This document shows, one piece after another, positions 12,734 to 24,249 of a DNA stretch of 64,000 bases. Origin of the DNA: Narcine bancroftii. Taxonomy: Eukaryota. The stretch lies in the NCBI RefSeq assembly GCF_036971445.1, contig NC_091476.1:92132001-92196000 (forward strand), written 5' to 3'. The notes beneath the pieces were generated by a model, which saw only the letters and a program-made list of their open reading frames with translations, did no database searches and was not told the DNA's origin. How positions within the stretch are numbered: position 1 is the first letter of the stretch; the number at the start of each line of letters is the position of its first letter. Both the position numbers and the translations under genes were made by a program.

Positions 12734-12881
12734 NNNNNNNNNNNNNNNNNNNNNNNNNNNNNNNNNNNNNNNNNNNNNNNNNNNNNNNNNNNNNNNNNNN
12801 NNNNNNNNNNNNNNNNNNNNNNNNNNNNNNNNNNNNNNNNNNNNNNNNNNNNNNNNNNNNNNNNNNNNNNNNNNNNNNNNN
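12734..12881. other. Assembly gap (148 N)
   Basis: Run of n. Confidence 1.
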
Positions 12882-15180
12882 ACATATTAAGACAGAGCTT
12901 GCGAGTGTCCACTGTGGATATGGAGTTACCCCCACCAAGAACTCAGGAAGAAAGAATGAGGCTGTAACACTTTACGTAGAACAGTACAGCATAGTTTGAC
13001 CTTTTCAGCCCACAATATTCCACCATTAATCTTTGTACTTTTCCCAACTTTACAGCCCATACCCCTCTAATTTTCTTGCATCTACATGCCTATCTGCGAG
13101 GCTTTTAAATGTCCCCATTGTACCAGTCGCCACTGGTACAACTCTCCATGTATAAAAGCTGGTAGATAGCTGAGTAAAAATGTTAACCTGTGCTCTTCCC
13201 CTTCTCCCCTCCTCTGATCCTCTTTCCTTTTTCTTCATCTTTTTATTCCGGAGACCACTTGTTGCTCAGATTCAAAGGGCTCAAAACCAAAATGTCGCTT
13301 GCCTTTCTGTGTGAGTTGCTGAGTTTCTCCAGCACTTTTGTGTATTGTGTACCACTCCATGTAACTGAAATTTTCCATTCCAGGTGAACCTGTGCAACTG
13401 CTCTTTCTTTAGTCAGCAACAAAACTGCAGATGGTGGTCCGGCTGTAGCCTCCCCAAAGTTTTGTCAAGTTTTATGACAATGAAACCTGCTTTTTATATT
13501 CAATACCGCAGCTAAAAATGGGAAGATATGTCAGGCAAGATCTTCCTGAAGGAAACCATGCTGACTTCGGCCTATTTTATCTTATGCTTTCAAATACTCT
13601 GAAATCTCATCCCTAATAATGGTGTCTAGAATTTTCCTGATCATGGCCTCTCATTCGCCTTGCTCTGTATCCATTGACTTTTCATGTGAGATAGGACACT
13701 GAAGGCCAGAGGATCTGCATTCAGCCCTCACTCCTTCACATACAAATGGCTAAGAGAACAAAAACATGGGAAGTCATCAGATGCATGCGTTTTATACAGC
13801 CACTTTGTTCTGGGAAATTATTCCCATTTTTCCGGAATGTTCGCGTGTAAAAAGCACGGAACCAGAATGAGGGTGCCATTCCAGTTCCTTTTTTTTTTGC
13901 CTAGACTCCTTGTAATTTTCCCAGAATGCGTGCAGTGTAAACAGCACTGCAAGTATTCCGGGACCAACTCGGCTAATGAATACGACGTCACAGTCGACAT
14001 CGACGCAGTCCCGCCTCTTTAGATGCCAACATTAGGTAAACTCTTATGTCGATGTGTTTCATTGCATTTTGTGTAAGGTTAGTTCATACAGATTGGCAAG
14101 TGGATACGTGTTTCATTTGCTGAGACTGGGTGTCAGCGAGGGGGAATGTTAAAAATGTTAAAAGTTTAATGGGCATCTAATTGGGACATCAGAGAGGCGA
14201 GGGTCGGAACCAATGTTTTGGGCAAAGAGGAAGGCAAGGCATGTCAAAATCAAGGAGACCTCTCGCTAAACCAGGATGAGGTAAAGAGGAAATGTAAAAT
14301 TCGCAATCCTCAGACGAGCAAAGGATCTGAACGTTTCGCCAATGACACTGGTCGCCGAGCGATCTGAACCCCGTCCATCTTCCTTGCTTCATTGGTGTTC
14401 AAAATACTGTTTGCCTGTCTAAAGTCACCTACTCCCCTCCACACTCTCAGCACCTCTGGGAAGTTAGGGTCCCAACTGATGGCACTGTCTTAGAATATAT
14501 GGCTGTGATTGGCAGAAGCTTCTCTCTGTCTCTATTTATTTAGTAATTCTTTGACAAAATGAACCCTAAGAGCTGGTAAATGGGGACAGTTCCTTAAGGA
14601 AGCTTGCAGTACTCAATGAAGCAACAAAGCTCGAGTGTGATATTTGATGGACAGAATTTTGTTTCACTGTCTGGGTTTTATCAATCTCGCCGATGTCATG
14701 AAAGATATCTTGTGTTTGTTACCCCACTACCTTGCAAGAAGAGAGTATTTATTCCTAGCACATCTGCTGTTTTAATAAACAAATAAAAGGGAACAAGGAA
14801 AGGAAAGATTTGCAATGTGGAGATAGACATGGAAAGGAGCAACTCAAAGGATGTGCACTTGATTAATATCTCTCAGAAAGGCTGAATGGAGAAGCTGAGG
14901 AGAAGGAGGGGGGTGAGTACAGTGGTGTTGCATGTCCCACGTATGCTGTAAGTCACAGTCAACGTTGACACAGTGGTCTTGCACACCCCGCCTCTTTACA
15001 AACCACACTGCCAGTTTGCTGTATAAAATGGTGGACTGAAACAGAGATTCAGTCTGAAATAACAAATGGCAGCATATTGGAAGCTATTCATAACAGAAAA
15101 ATCCCACGAATGCTGTGTAAAAATCATAATGGAGGATGATTTTTATATCTTTGCTCTAGAGTTGATGGCAGCTATAATGT

Positions 15181-15764
15181 TTCTTCTTTTCTTTCTTTGG
15201 CTTGGCTTCGCGGATGAAGATTTATGGAGGGGGTAAAAGTCCACGTCAGCTGCAGGCTCGTTTGTGGCTGACAAGTCCGATGCGGGACAGGCAGACACGG
15301 TTGCAGCGGCTGCAGGGGAAAATTGGTGGGTTGGGGTTGGGTGTTGGGTTTTTCCTCCTTTGCCTTTTGTCAGTGAGGTGGGCTCTGCGGTCTTCTTCAA
15401 AGGAGGTTGCTGCCCGCCAAACTGTGAGGTGCCAAGCTGCACGGTTTGAGGCGATATCAGCCCACTGGCGGTCGTCAATATGGCAGGCACCAAGAGATTT
15501 CTTTAGGCAGTCCTTGTACCTTTTCTTTGGTGCACCTCTGTCACGGTGGCCAGTGGAGAGCTCGCCATATAACACGATCTTGGGAAGGCGATGGTCCTCC
15601 ATTCTGGAGACGTGACCCACCCAGCGCAGCTGGATCTTCAGCAGCGTGAACTCGATGCTGTTGACCTCTGCCATCTCGAGTACTTCGACGTTAGGGTTGA
15701 AGTCGCTCCAATGGATGTTGAGGATGGAGCGGAGACAACGCTGGTGGAAGCGTTCTAGGAGCCG
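15181..15764 (-). mobile_element. RTE-clade LINE, 5'-truncated 3' end
   Basis: Encodes LRWVGHVSRMEDHRLPK and the C-terminal CxxC...HxxxC finger, with an (AAAG)n-like tail. Near-identical to the copies at 23.5, 27.6 and 51.7 kb. Confidence 0.92.
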
Positions 15765-16019
15765 CCAGCTCATTCACCATTGACCTTGTGCTAAAGTCTC
15801 AACTATTCTGAATTGTGGAGATATTTGGTTGGCGATTAATGAGTCAGAACTTCTGCCTGATGCTGGCAAAGGTCAAGAGATTGGGCCACAAAACAAAAGC
15901 ATCTGAGGTTTATACAACAATTGTATGAAATATGCAGGCCCCGATTATCAAGTGGATAATTGAAGTTTCTAAAGTGACAGTGTATCTTAACTGGGTAGCA
16001 GCTAAAAGACCACTGTTGC

Positions 16020-16655
16020 AACTCCAGTATAATTTATTCGCTAACCATAGCATCTGCTCTATTATCACTGCTTTAAATAACTCCAGCATTACCCACTAAT
16101 TAGCCTCAGCATCACTCTTCGGTGAATCGCAGCAGTACTTGCTAATTAACACTGATACTCCCTCCACTGCTACCTGATAACTAACTTCAACAGGTCTCAC
16201 TAATAATATCGATTTTAACTCTGCTGTCACTTAGAACACTGATAATTGCTCCATCATCTCCTGTTATTCACAAATTAACCTCAGCATCACTTGGTAATTA
16301 GCACTGATAACGTGCCATCATCACCCAAGCATCACACACTAATGAACTTCAGTTTCATTCACTATTAAAGAACCAGCTTCACTTGCTAATTAACACTGAT
16401 AACAACTTCACCACCACTCATTGTCATTGAGACCATCGGCTCTGCCACCATCTTCCATCAACTCATCACTTCTCATAAGTTAGCCCCAACGTCAAGTGTT
16501 AACTTTTGTCACTCACTGATTAAAACCGACATCATGGCTGCAATCACCCACTGGTTAACTTCAACGGCACACTAATGAATTTTAACATCAACTCTAGCAC
16601 CAGTCCCTTCTTAACTCCAGAATCAACTCCATCACTCACTAATTAACTCCATTGT
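16020..16655. repeat. Degenerate tandem repeat (cactaattaactccagcat-like), left part
   Basis: Many diverged units of about 20 nt. The array resumes at 19485 after the Rex1 insertion. Confidence 0.65.
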
Positions 16656-16960
16656 CAAATGCCACACCAACATAAGGAAGGCCTGTCCCAAGACTGCATT
16701 TTGACAAGTCAAATCACCTTCTGCCTGCAAACAAGCCTAAAGAGATGCTCCGGGGGAACAGGACAGACAGAAAGTGGTTGTGGGAGCCTGAAGAACGGTT
16801 ATAGGACTGCTTTGAGTCAACGGATTGGACAATGTTCAAGTGCTCAGTTGAGTGATGACACCAGGGCTATCATCGCAGGTGTCGATGAGTGTGTTTCTAC
16901 CAAATTATTCAGGGTCTTCTCTAACCAGAAGCTCTGGATGAACAATGAAATTAGGAACGT

Positions 16961-17284
16961 TGTAGCAGGCAGACACAGCAAACAGCAGTCAAACACAACA
17001 ACCGGGTAGACAGCACAAGGGATGAAACGCCCACTCCCATAGGCCTCAGGAATAGCGGTCGAATCGACCAATCATCGCCAGCGGATCACAGGGGGCCAAA
17101 TCCAGGCCCGCGCATCCAAGACACCCAATCAGCAGCAGGCCTCACTCAAGTCATGCCCCGGTGGTGACGCAGCTGACTGCCAATAAAGCCAGTGTTGATT
17201 TCACTCCCTTGTGTGTGAGTCTTCTTTCAACCTCGAACTATAACCCATTATACCTCAAGCTATTACCCTAGCAACCCTGCTACA
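16961..17284 (+). mobile_element. Solo LTR (324 bp)
   Basis: TGTAGCAGG...CCTGCTACA 9-bp inverted termini and AATAAA at about 17182. It interrupts the Rex1 sequence, and the TSD is not clean. Confidence 0.7.
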
Positions 17285-17394
17285 ACCGGCTGAAAACCAG
17301 ACCACAGACGTTTAAGTCCAGAGATCCTACAAAAAGTCATCTCTTGAATGAAATAGAGAATCCAGGCGAGAATGGAAACAATGAAGGATATGCA

Positions 17395-17601
17395 TGTACT
17401 GTGAATAAAAGTTCTCACGACTTGAGGGAGAACAAACGCTTTTATTAGCTTATAACTATCGGCAGGGTTCAACAGTAGTCTTCAGAAGGGTTCTAGATTT
17501 AGATGGGAAACCAGAGTTATATGTGGACTGATGGGGGGTGGAGCCAGAAGGCGGGGTAACCATCAGCACAACACCCTACCAGAGAATGCCAGTTCACTGC
17601 A
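17395..17601 (-). mobile_element. Short solo LTR (207 bp)
   Basis: TG...CA ends and a 5-bp TSD atgca/atgcg. On the minus strand, GC boxes, a TATA-like motif and AATAAA occur in LTR order. Confidence 0.6.
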
Positions 17602-19484
17602 ATGCGACAGGGCCTTAATGACATAACCTGCTCCAAAACCAATTCTGGTGCAGTAGGAGATGACAAAGCTTCATTCCCAGATGACCTCAATGCCTTCTAT
17701 GCCTGATTTGACCACCAAACAAGGAAGAACTACTGCACACCTCCAGGTCCCCTGATCATCCTCTACTGTCAGTATCTGAAAAAGATGTGAGGGCTGCCAT
17801 TAGGAGAGTGAATCCAAGGAAAGCATCCAGTCCGGACAGAGTACCTTGATGAGTACTGAAAACCTGTGCTGATTAACTGGCCAGTGTATTCATGGATATC
17901 TTCAGCATCTCACTCCAACAGGGCATGGTATCCACCTATTTCAAACAGGCCTCAATAGTACCAGTCCTCTAGAGGAGTGTAGTAACCTGCCTAAATGACT
18001 TTCAACCAGTGGCACTCACATCAACACTGAGGAAATGTTTTGAGAGCCTGGTGTTGAAGCACATCAGCTCCTGTCTGAGTGGCGACATCGATGCATTTCA
18101 ATTTGCCTACCACAGCAACAGGTCTACGGCAGATGCTTTCTCACTGGGTCGACACAAACCCCTGGAAGAAGGGCTCAGGCCCAAAATGTCAGTAATATAT
18201 ATTTACCTCCTATGGATCCTTACAATCACAGCATTTGCAGACTTTTGTGTTTCACTCTACATAAAACCCAAAACGCTTGGCAGCAAACATGTCCTGGAAC
18301 ACCTGGACAACAAACACCTGGATATCAGGAGGCTCTTCATTGACTATTTGGCATTCAACACCATTATCCCCTCAAATCTGATCAGCAAACTCCAACACCT
18401 GGGCCTCAAAACCACAGTGTGTCATTGGATCCTGGATTTCCTCACATCCACACCCCAAACATTGGGAATTGGTAAGAACATCTCCACAATCTTCATCAGT
18501 GCTGGGGCACCATAGGCCTGTGTACTTAGACCCCTGCTCTGTTAGCTTTACATCTACGACTGTGTGGCTCTGTAGGTAAACAACACCATCTTCAAAATGT
18601 ACTGATGAGACCAGGGCAGTAGGCTGTATGAAAAGGGCTGATGAGTCAGTGTACAGGAGGGGATTGAAAACTTGGCCAAATTTTGTACTACCATCTCATA
18701 TTCAACGTCACCAATACTAAGGAACTGATTGTGAACGTTGAGAAGGGAACACTAGAGGTGTACAATCCAGTGATCACTATGGGACTGGAGGTGGAGAGGA
18801 TGAGCAAATTCAAATTCCTGGGTTCACTATCTCAGAGGACCTTTCCTGGAACCAAAATACTAATGTCTTCATGAAGACAGCACATCAGCATCTCTGCTTC
18901 CTCAGGCATTTGTGGAAGTTCGGTACGAAATTGAAAAATTGTTAAATTTCCACAGATAAATGTGCTGACTGGTTGCATCATGGCCTGTTAAAGGGACACC
19001 AATACCACTCAGTGGAAAGCCCTGCAGGAGGTGGCGGATACAGCCCAGTACATCACAAGCAAAAAGCTCCCCAGCGTCGAGAAAATCTACATGGAGCACT
19101 GCCGTCGGAGAGCAGGACCCAGGACACACTCTGTTCTCGCTGCTGCCGTCAGGAAAGAGGTATAGGTGCCAAAAGACTTGTACTACCAGGTTCAGGAACA
19201 CTTCCTACCCCTCCACCACCCTAAACACTAAACTCAATCAGAGGCTAATTTTAGGCCTCTTACTTTGCACATTGCTTTTTAGTGAACAATTTTTTCTGTA
19301 TTGTACAGTCAGTTTGTTAACATTTCTTTCATTATTTACATTTCTCATTTTTGTATAAATATCTTTTGTCTTGAGTACAGTTTGCAATATCGATAAGTAG
19401 AAATTCTACCTGGCCTGCAGTGAAAAGAATCTCAAGATTGCATGTGACATTGTTGTTGTCTGACAATAATTCTGAACTTTGAAC

Positions 19485-19900
19485 TTTAATTAAACCCAGC
19501 ACCACTCACTTATTAACTCTATTTCATTCCATCATTACTAAATAATTAAATCCACCAACAACTGCAGCATTACTTGTTGATTTAATTTTAGTATTGTTTA
19601 CTAATAATGACATTCACCAAGACCGTTGCTTAAATAGGGCTCAAAGAATTATTGATGACCCTTTCCATTCATCACACAGTATCTTTGACCTGCTACCATC
19701 AAGCAGGAGGTGCAGGAGTGTCATGTCTGCAGTATATGTTGAAATATATTCTACAACCAAGTATATCTTTTATATAAACTCCAACATTACTCCCTATGTA
19801 ACTCCAGAATCAACTCCAGCATTATTCACTAATTAACTGACTCTAGCACCATGATCTTTCACTAATTAATTTCACTACCACTCACACATTGGTTTCCAAC
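19485..19900. repeat. Degenerate tandem repeat, right part (same unit as 16020-16655)
   Basis: taactccagcattattcactaattaac-type units. Confidence 0.6.
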
Positions 19901-19905
19901 TAAAC

Positions 19906-20275
19906 CAGTGGTTTTCAACCTTTTTCTTCCCGCACACATACCACTTTATGTAATCCCTATTCCATCGGTGCTCTGTGATTAGTCAGGGATTCCTTAAGGT
20001 GGGATGTGGGTGGAGAGGAAAGGTTGAAAATCACTGCTCTAGACCCAATTGTTATGAAATATTTTGCTTGAGAAAGATTGTCATTGCCCCATTTCCTTCG
20101 GAGTTATGAAACCGTTCACATAACAAGTCAATGAGGTACGATTAAAACAGAGGTTTTCAAACTTTTTCTTTCCACCCACATACCACCTTAAGCAATCCCT
20201 GACTAATCACAGAGCACGATGCCATAGGGATTACTTAAAGTGGGATGTGAGTGGAAAAAAGGTTGAGAGCGACTG
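19906..20275. mobile_element. Composite hAT MITE (unit-spacer-unit)
   Basis: cagtggttttcaacc...ggttgagagcgactg termini, with the same architecture as 26582-26936. Confidence 0.8.
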
Positions 20276-21681
20276 TCATGGAGATTAAGAATCTGAACCC
20301 TTTCTGTCACACTCCAACCAGAATTGGAATTTCTGTTTAGAAGAGCCTGGAGCTGGTTCACTCTCTTCCTTCAGGCACTTAATAATTGTTCCTCAGACTT
20401 GACCCGTTATCACCTTGTCACTGAGCTGCAAAGGAGCAAAACCCAGCTGACCCAAGTTCACATAAACAAACTGCTGCATTAAGGATGCAGCCAATTTTTA
20501 AAACTACATCACTTCGTTAAGAAGATTAGCCTTTTAGAAGCTAGTGTAGCAGATTAACAAGCTATCGGTTAATTGCAAAGAACTGTGTTTGAAGGAAATT
20601 ATTGATGGGATGAAACATTTGGCCAGGTGTAAGATCTTGTGGGAAATAAGCTTCAGGCAGGCTCTGTTCAACACCAAATCTTTAGAAATGGAAAGGAATG
20701 ACAGAATGATGCTATTTCATATTTTCCACATTCCTTATGTTTACGTGCAGATAACATTCGTTATAATTACATTTCAGCTTGGTTGCAAATAAAATTGCAT
20801 CAGTTAAAGCAGCTTGACTAAGAAATTGCTCCACACTTTTATTTTTGGCATTAAAGTTTAGCCAACTATTGTAACTGTAAAGATGCCTGAATGTGCAAGG
20901 TTTGAGAACAGCATGGTCGGGGTTTTCTGTGTAACGTGTGCTGTGTTCCCGACTGAAATGTTATGAATTTTGCAATTCTCAGTGTGATGCCCAGCGGGTG
21001 CAATCTTCGCAGCCAGTTCTTGAAAGTTATGAGTTCATGTAGCATCTTACTGTCCCATCGGTCAACCCCATGTGAAAGACAATGCGTCCTAAGATGAACC
21101 TTAGATCCCGGCACAGCTTTGATGCACAGTGTCAACCCAAATTGTGGACAATTCCTCCCCACCTCCCTCGCAGACGCTTCTCAGCTATTAAATAGCAATA
21201 CTTTAGGGGAAACAGGATTGATTTAAAAAAAATGTTTCTCCATAAGTTCACAAGAGCTTTTGCTTGCCAAATCAGTGGGCTTGAAACATCTCATTGTAGA
21301 TGAATTTTGAATTTTGCTTGCCTGTTCACATTAGTTAGAGGAATTTAACATTAAGTCTCTTAAAAAGTGGAAACAAATTTTCTCATAGTGCAAAAACATA
21401 GGAAAAAAAATGAGAAATTTGTTCCATTCAGGCTGAAGACACTTTTCAAGAAAACACCATTTTACCTTTCTGTCTGAAGAAATTAATTACCCTGAGTAGT
21501 CTCTCTCATGTATAAATAACTTGAACAGTCTGCATTTAAAAGTGCAGGATCATATATCATGGTACATCCAACAGTGAACCTGAACTTGATCTTCCACTGA
21601 CCAAAGGAGTCTGAGCAACAGGTGCGAGGAACTAGTTAACTTTCCTCAAACTAGCTTGTTGAGGTGTTTGCTGGTCTAACC

Positions 21682-22282
21682 TAGGGGGGTCCCCAAACAT
21701 TTTAAACTGTCGACCCCTTCAGAGACTATGTGGTCCCTCATCAACTCCCAGGCATGGAATTCAGCACTGGTCCGGGGTGGGGGGCAGGTGGGAGGGGTCT
21801 GGAAGGGGGGAGGGAAGGTCTGTTGGACCAGAGGGGGGTGGGTAGGCTGGCCAGATGTCTGCTTTTAGGCTGGACAGTACGACTTTTGAGCCCTCTGTCC
21901 TCCATCCGGTGCTACCTCGAGCTGGACGTTAATTTGTCTTCCATTAGCAGGTATAGGCCGTACATCCCCCAAATGGAGGTCAAATTAAGGGGCAGAAAGG
22001 GCACTCAACTGTAAAAGCAGCATCCCAGGGTCCGCAGGCTGTGTGCGGCTGGCTGGTGCATGTGTGAGGAGGGGGAAGCGTGATGGCAGTGCACAAAGTT
22101 TCATGGCAGATAGGCCCCCACTCGACCTGTGCTGGACAGGGTATGAGGGGGGTGATGTGGAGGCAAATAAGACCCCCCCTCCCAATGTTATCAACCCCCT
22201 TTTGACCCCATGGCATTTATTGACCCCCTGGATAGTCCCATCGACCACTGGGGGTCAATATCGACCACTTTGGAGATACCTT
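21682..22282. mobile_element. Non-autonomous hAT element
   Basis: 8-bp TSD gtctaacc/gtctaatc, tagggg..ccccaaa / tttggagatacct termini and tcgacccc subterminal repeats. Confidence 0.75.
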
Positions 22283-22724
22283 GTCTAATCACAGCCCAGG
22301 TATGATAAGTACAGAGCTGAGATTTTGTCTTTAAAACTGAGGTGCGGGGGTAGAAATCTCGATTCCAGTTAGATAATGCTACAAGTGCTTACCGTGGATA
22401 ATCACAGCATCACAAAATAGGAGCCTCATATTCAACCGAACCCCAATGTAAAATACTTATGCTAGCCTCAACTTCTCTTCAGTGCCAGTTGCCCATTAAC
22501 CTCAGTTCAAACTTTCAAATATCCATCTGGCCCAGTATGAATGTATCTAAAGACCGTACCACCACCCACAGGAAATAGAATTTCAGAGATTTATTACTCT
22601 CTGAAAAGAAGATCTTTCTCTGCACCTCAGTTTTAAATGGGCAGCCTCGCATTTTGCAGCTGCTCTCACTTATTCACGACCCCCCCATGGATGATAACCA
22701 CACCCATACTTTGATCAGTGACGC

Positions 22725-23245
22725 GACAGAGAAATGCTGGAGGAACTCAGCAGGTCTCGTAGCATCCATAAGGAGGTAAAGATAACTAGGGTATGAGGGG
22801 GGTGATGTGGAGACAGATAAGCCTCCCCCCCAATGTTATCAACCCCCTTTTGACCCCTTGGCATTTATTGACCCTCTGGATGGCGTTATGCGCCTAAGAC
22901 CTTCATCAGGGCTCAGAGCAGGCAGGCACCTGAATTAAAAGGCTGAGGAGAAGGGAAGAAAGAGCGGGGTGGAGGGGGGGGGGGGGAGGAGGGCTGACCA
23001 ATAGACAAAAAGTGATCATTGGACATGGAGAGGGTGAGAAGGGGAGAAATGATAGGGGAAGGGGTGGCTCTGTGAATGCAGAGCTGGAAGAAAGGAGGCA
23101 GAGGAAGAGGGAAAGAGAGAGAGAAAGAGCAAGAGGAAAGCTGGAGCTAGCAGAAACTGGAGATGTTGCTGCTAATGCCATCCAGTTGGAGGGAATATGG
23201 AGCGTTTTTCCAATATATGGATGGTCTCAATCTGGTAGTGCATAA
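22725..23245 (-). mobile_element. Penelope-like element 3' end: GIY-YIG endonuclease C-terminus remnant, pyrimidine-rich UTR, hammerhead core and terminal repeat
   Basis: Minus-strand ttggaaaaacgctccatattc...ctccaactggatggcattagc...tttctgctag resembles the PLE LEEQ.LIF..LQP.G.N..F end. CTGATGA lies at 22909-22903, followed by the gctgagttcctccagca tail. Confidence 0.65.
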
Positions 23246-23449
23246 GAAAGCACAGAAATGCTGGAGAAACTCAGCAGGAGTTTTCTCTAAAATCACAGCA
23301 TCAGTAGACTTTTGTGTTTTACAATATTTTGATCCACAGTGATTTACTGTTTATCACATCAAACTTCTACTGCTTAGTTCCAGTGTTTGTTCCTCTTGTG
23401 TCATAGGAACATATATTCAAACAATTGTCTGACACTATCACTATTTTTA

Positions 23450-23644
23450 TATTTCTTTGGCTTGGCTTCGCGGACGAAGATTTATGGAGGGGTAATGTCC
23501 ACGTCAGCTGCAGGCTCGTTTGTGGCTGACAAGTCCGATGCGGGACAGGCAGACACGGTTGCAGCGGTTGCAAGGGAAAATTGGTTGGTTGGGGTTGGGT
23601 GTTGGGTTTTTCCTCCTTTGTCTTTTGACAGTGAGGTGCCCACC
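23450..23644 (-). mobile_element. Short RTE 3' insertion with 12-bp TSD
   Basis: TSD tcactattttta at 23438-23449 and 23645-23656. Confidence 0.9.
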
Positions 23645-24006
23645 TCACTATTTTTAATATAACGATTAAAAAAATGACACTAATGGTCATAGGATCATAA
23701 GATATTTATGCATGACAGAAGTTACCCAGTAAAATTAAGCCCATTATTTTGCTTGGATCTTTAGTTCCTATGACTTGCACCTAATACTTTGGACCTGAGC
23801 CCTTTGTCAAAGCCCCGAAACATTGGTTACATCTTTGCCTCCTCTGGATGTTGCGGGATCTCCAGCACTTTTACCTACTTACTACGATCACAGCATCGGC
23901 AGAATTTCTAGTTTCACTATGATTTTTAAATGCTTCTTCTACTCCACCTGGAAAATGCACCTTTCCCTAATCAGCTCTTGGGAAGTATATCTTGCTATCA
24001 GTCCAA

Positions 24007-24249
24007 TTTTACAATGTATTGATTTGAAACTATGTGCACGGTTTCATATTTACAAAGGAAATGGGCCAATGACAATTTTTCTCAAGCAAAAATATTTCAG
24101 TAACCGTTGGGTCTAGAACAGTGGTTCTCAACCTTCCCACTCACATATCATCTTAAGCAATCCCTTACTAATCACAGAGCACTTATGGCGTAGAGATGTA
24201 GAAGGTGGAATGTGAGTTTGGGGGGGCGGGGGGTGTTTGAAAACCACTG
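24007..24249. mobile_element. hAT MITE single unit (24119-24249) plus a reversed copy of the composite spacer
   Basis: cagtggttctcaacc...tgaaaaccactg termini. 24007-24118 is the reverse complement of the spacer at 26694-26807. Confidence 0.7.

Larger units (their letters stand above)
16660..19485 (+). mobile_element. Decayed Rex1/Babar-type LINE interrupted by two solo LTRs and a Penelope terminal fragment
   Basis: Remnant peptides CFESTDWTMF, VTCLNDFQPVALTSTLRKCFE and AFNTIIP. The tail is tgacaataattctgaactttgaacttt. Confidence 0.8.

Noticed and set aside
12055-12967. Overlapping Cys/His/Val-rich ORFs
   Set aside because: They are artefacts of CA-rich low-complexity sequence and the N gap.
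15165-15785. TSD for the 15-kb RTE copy
   Set aside because: The flanks share only cagct, at non-matching offsets.
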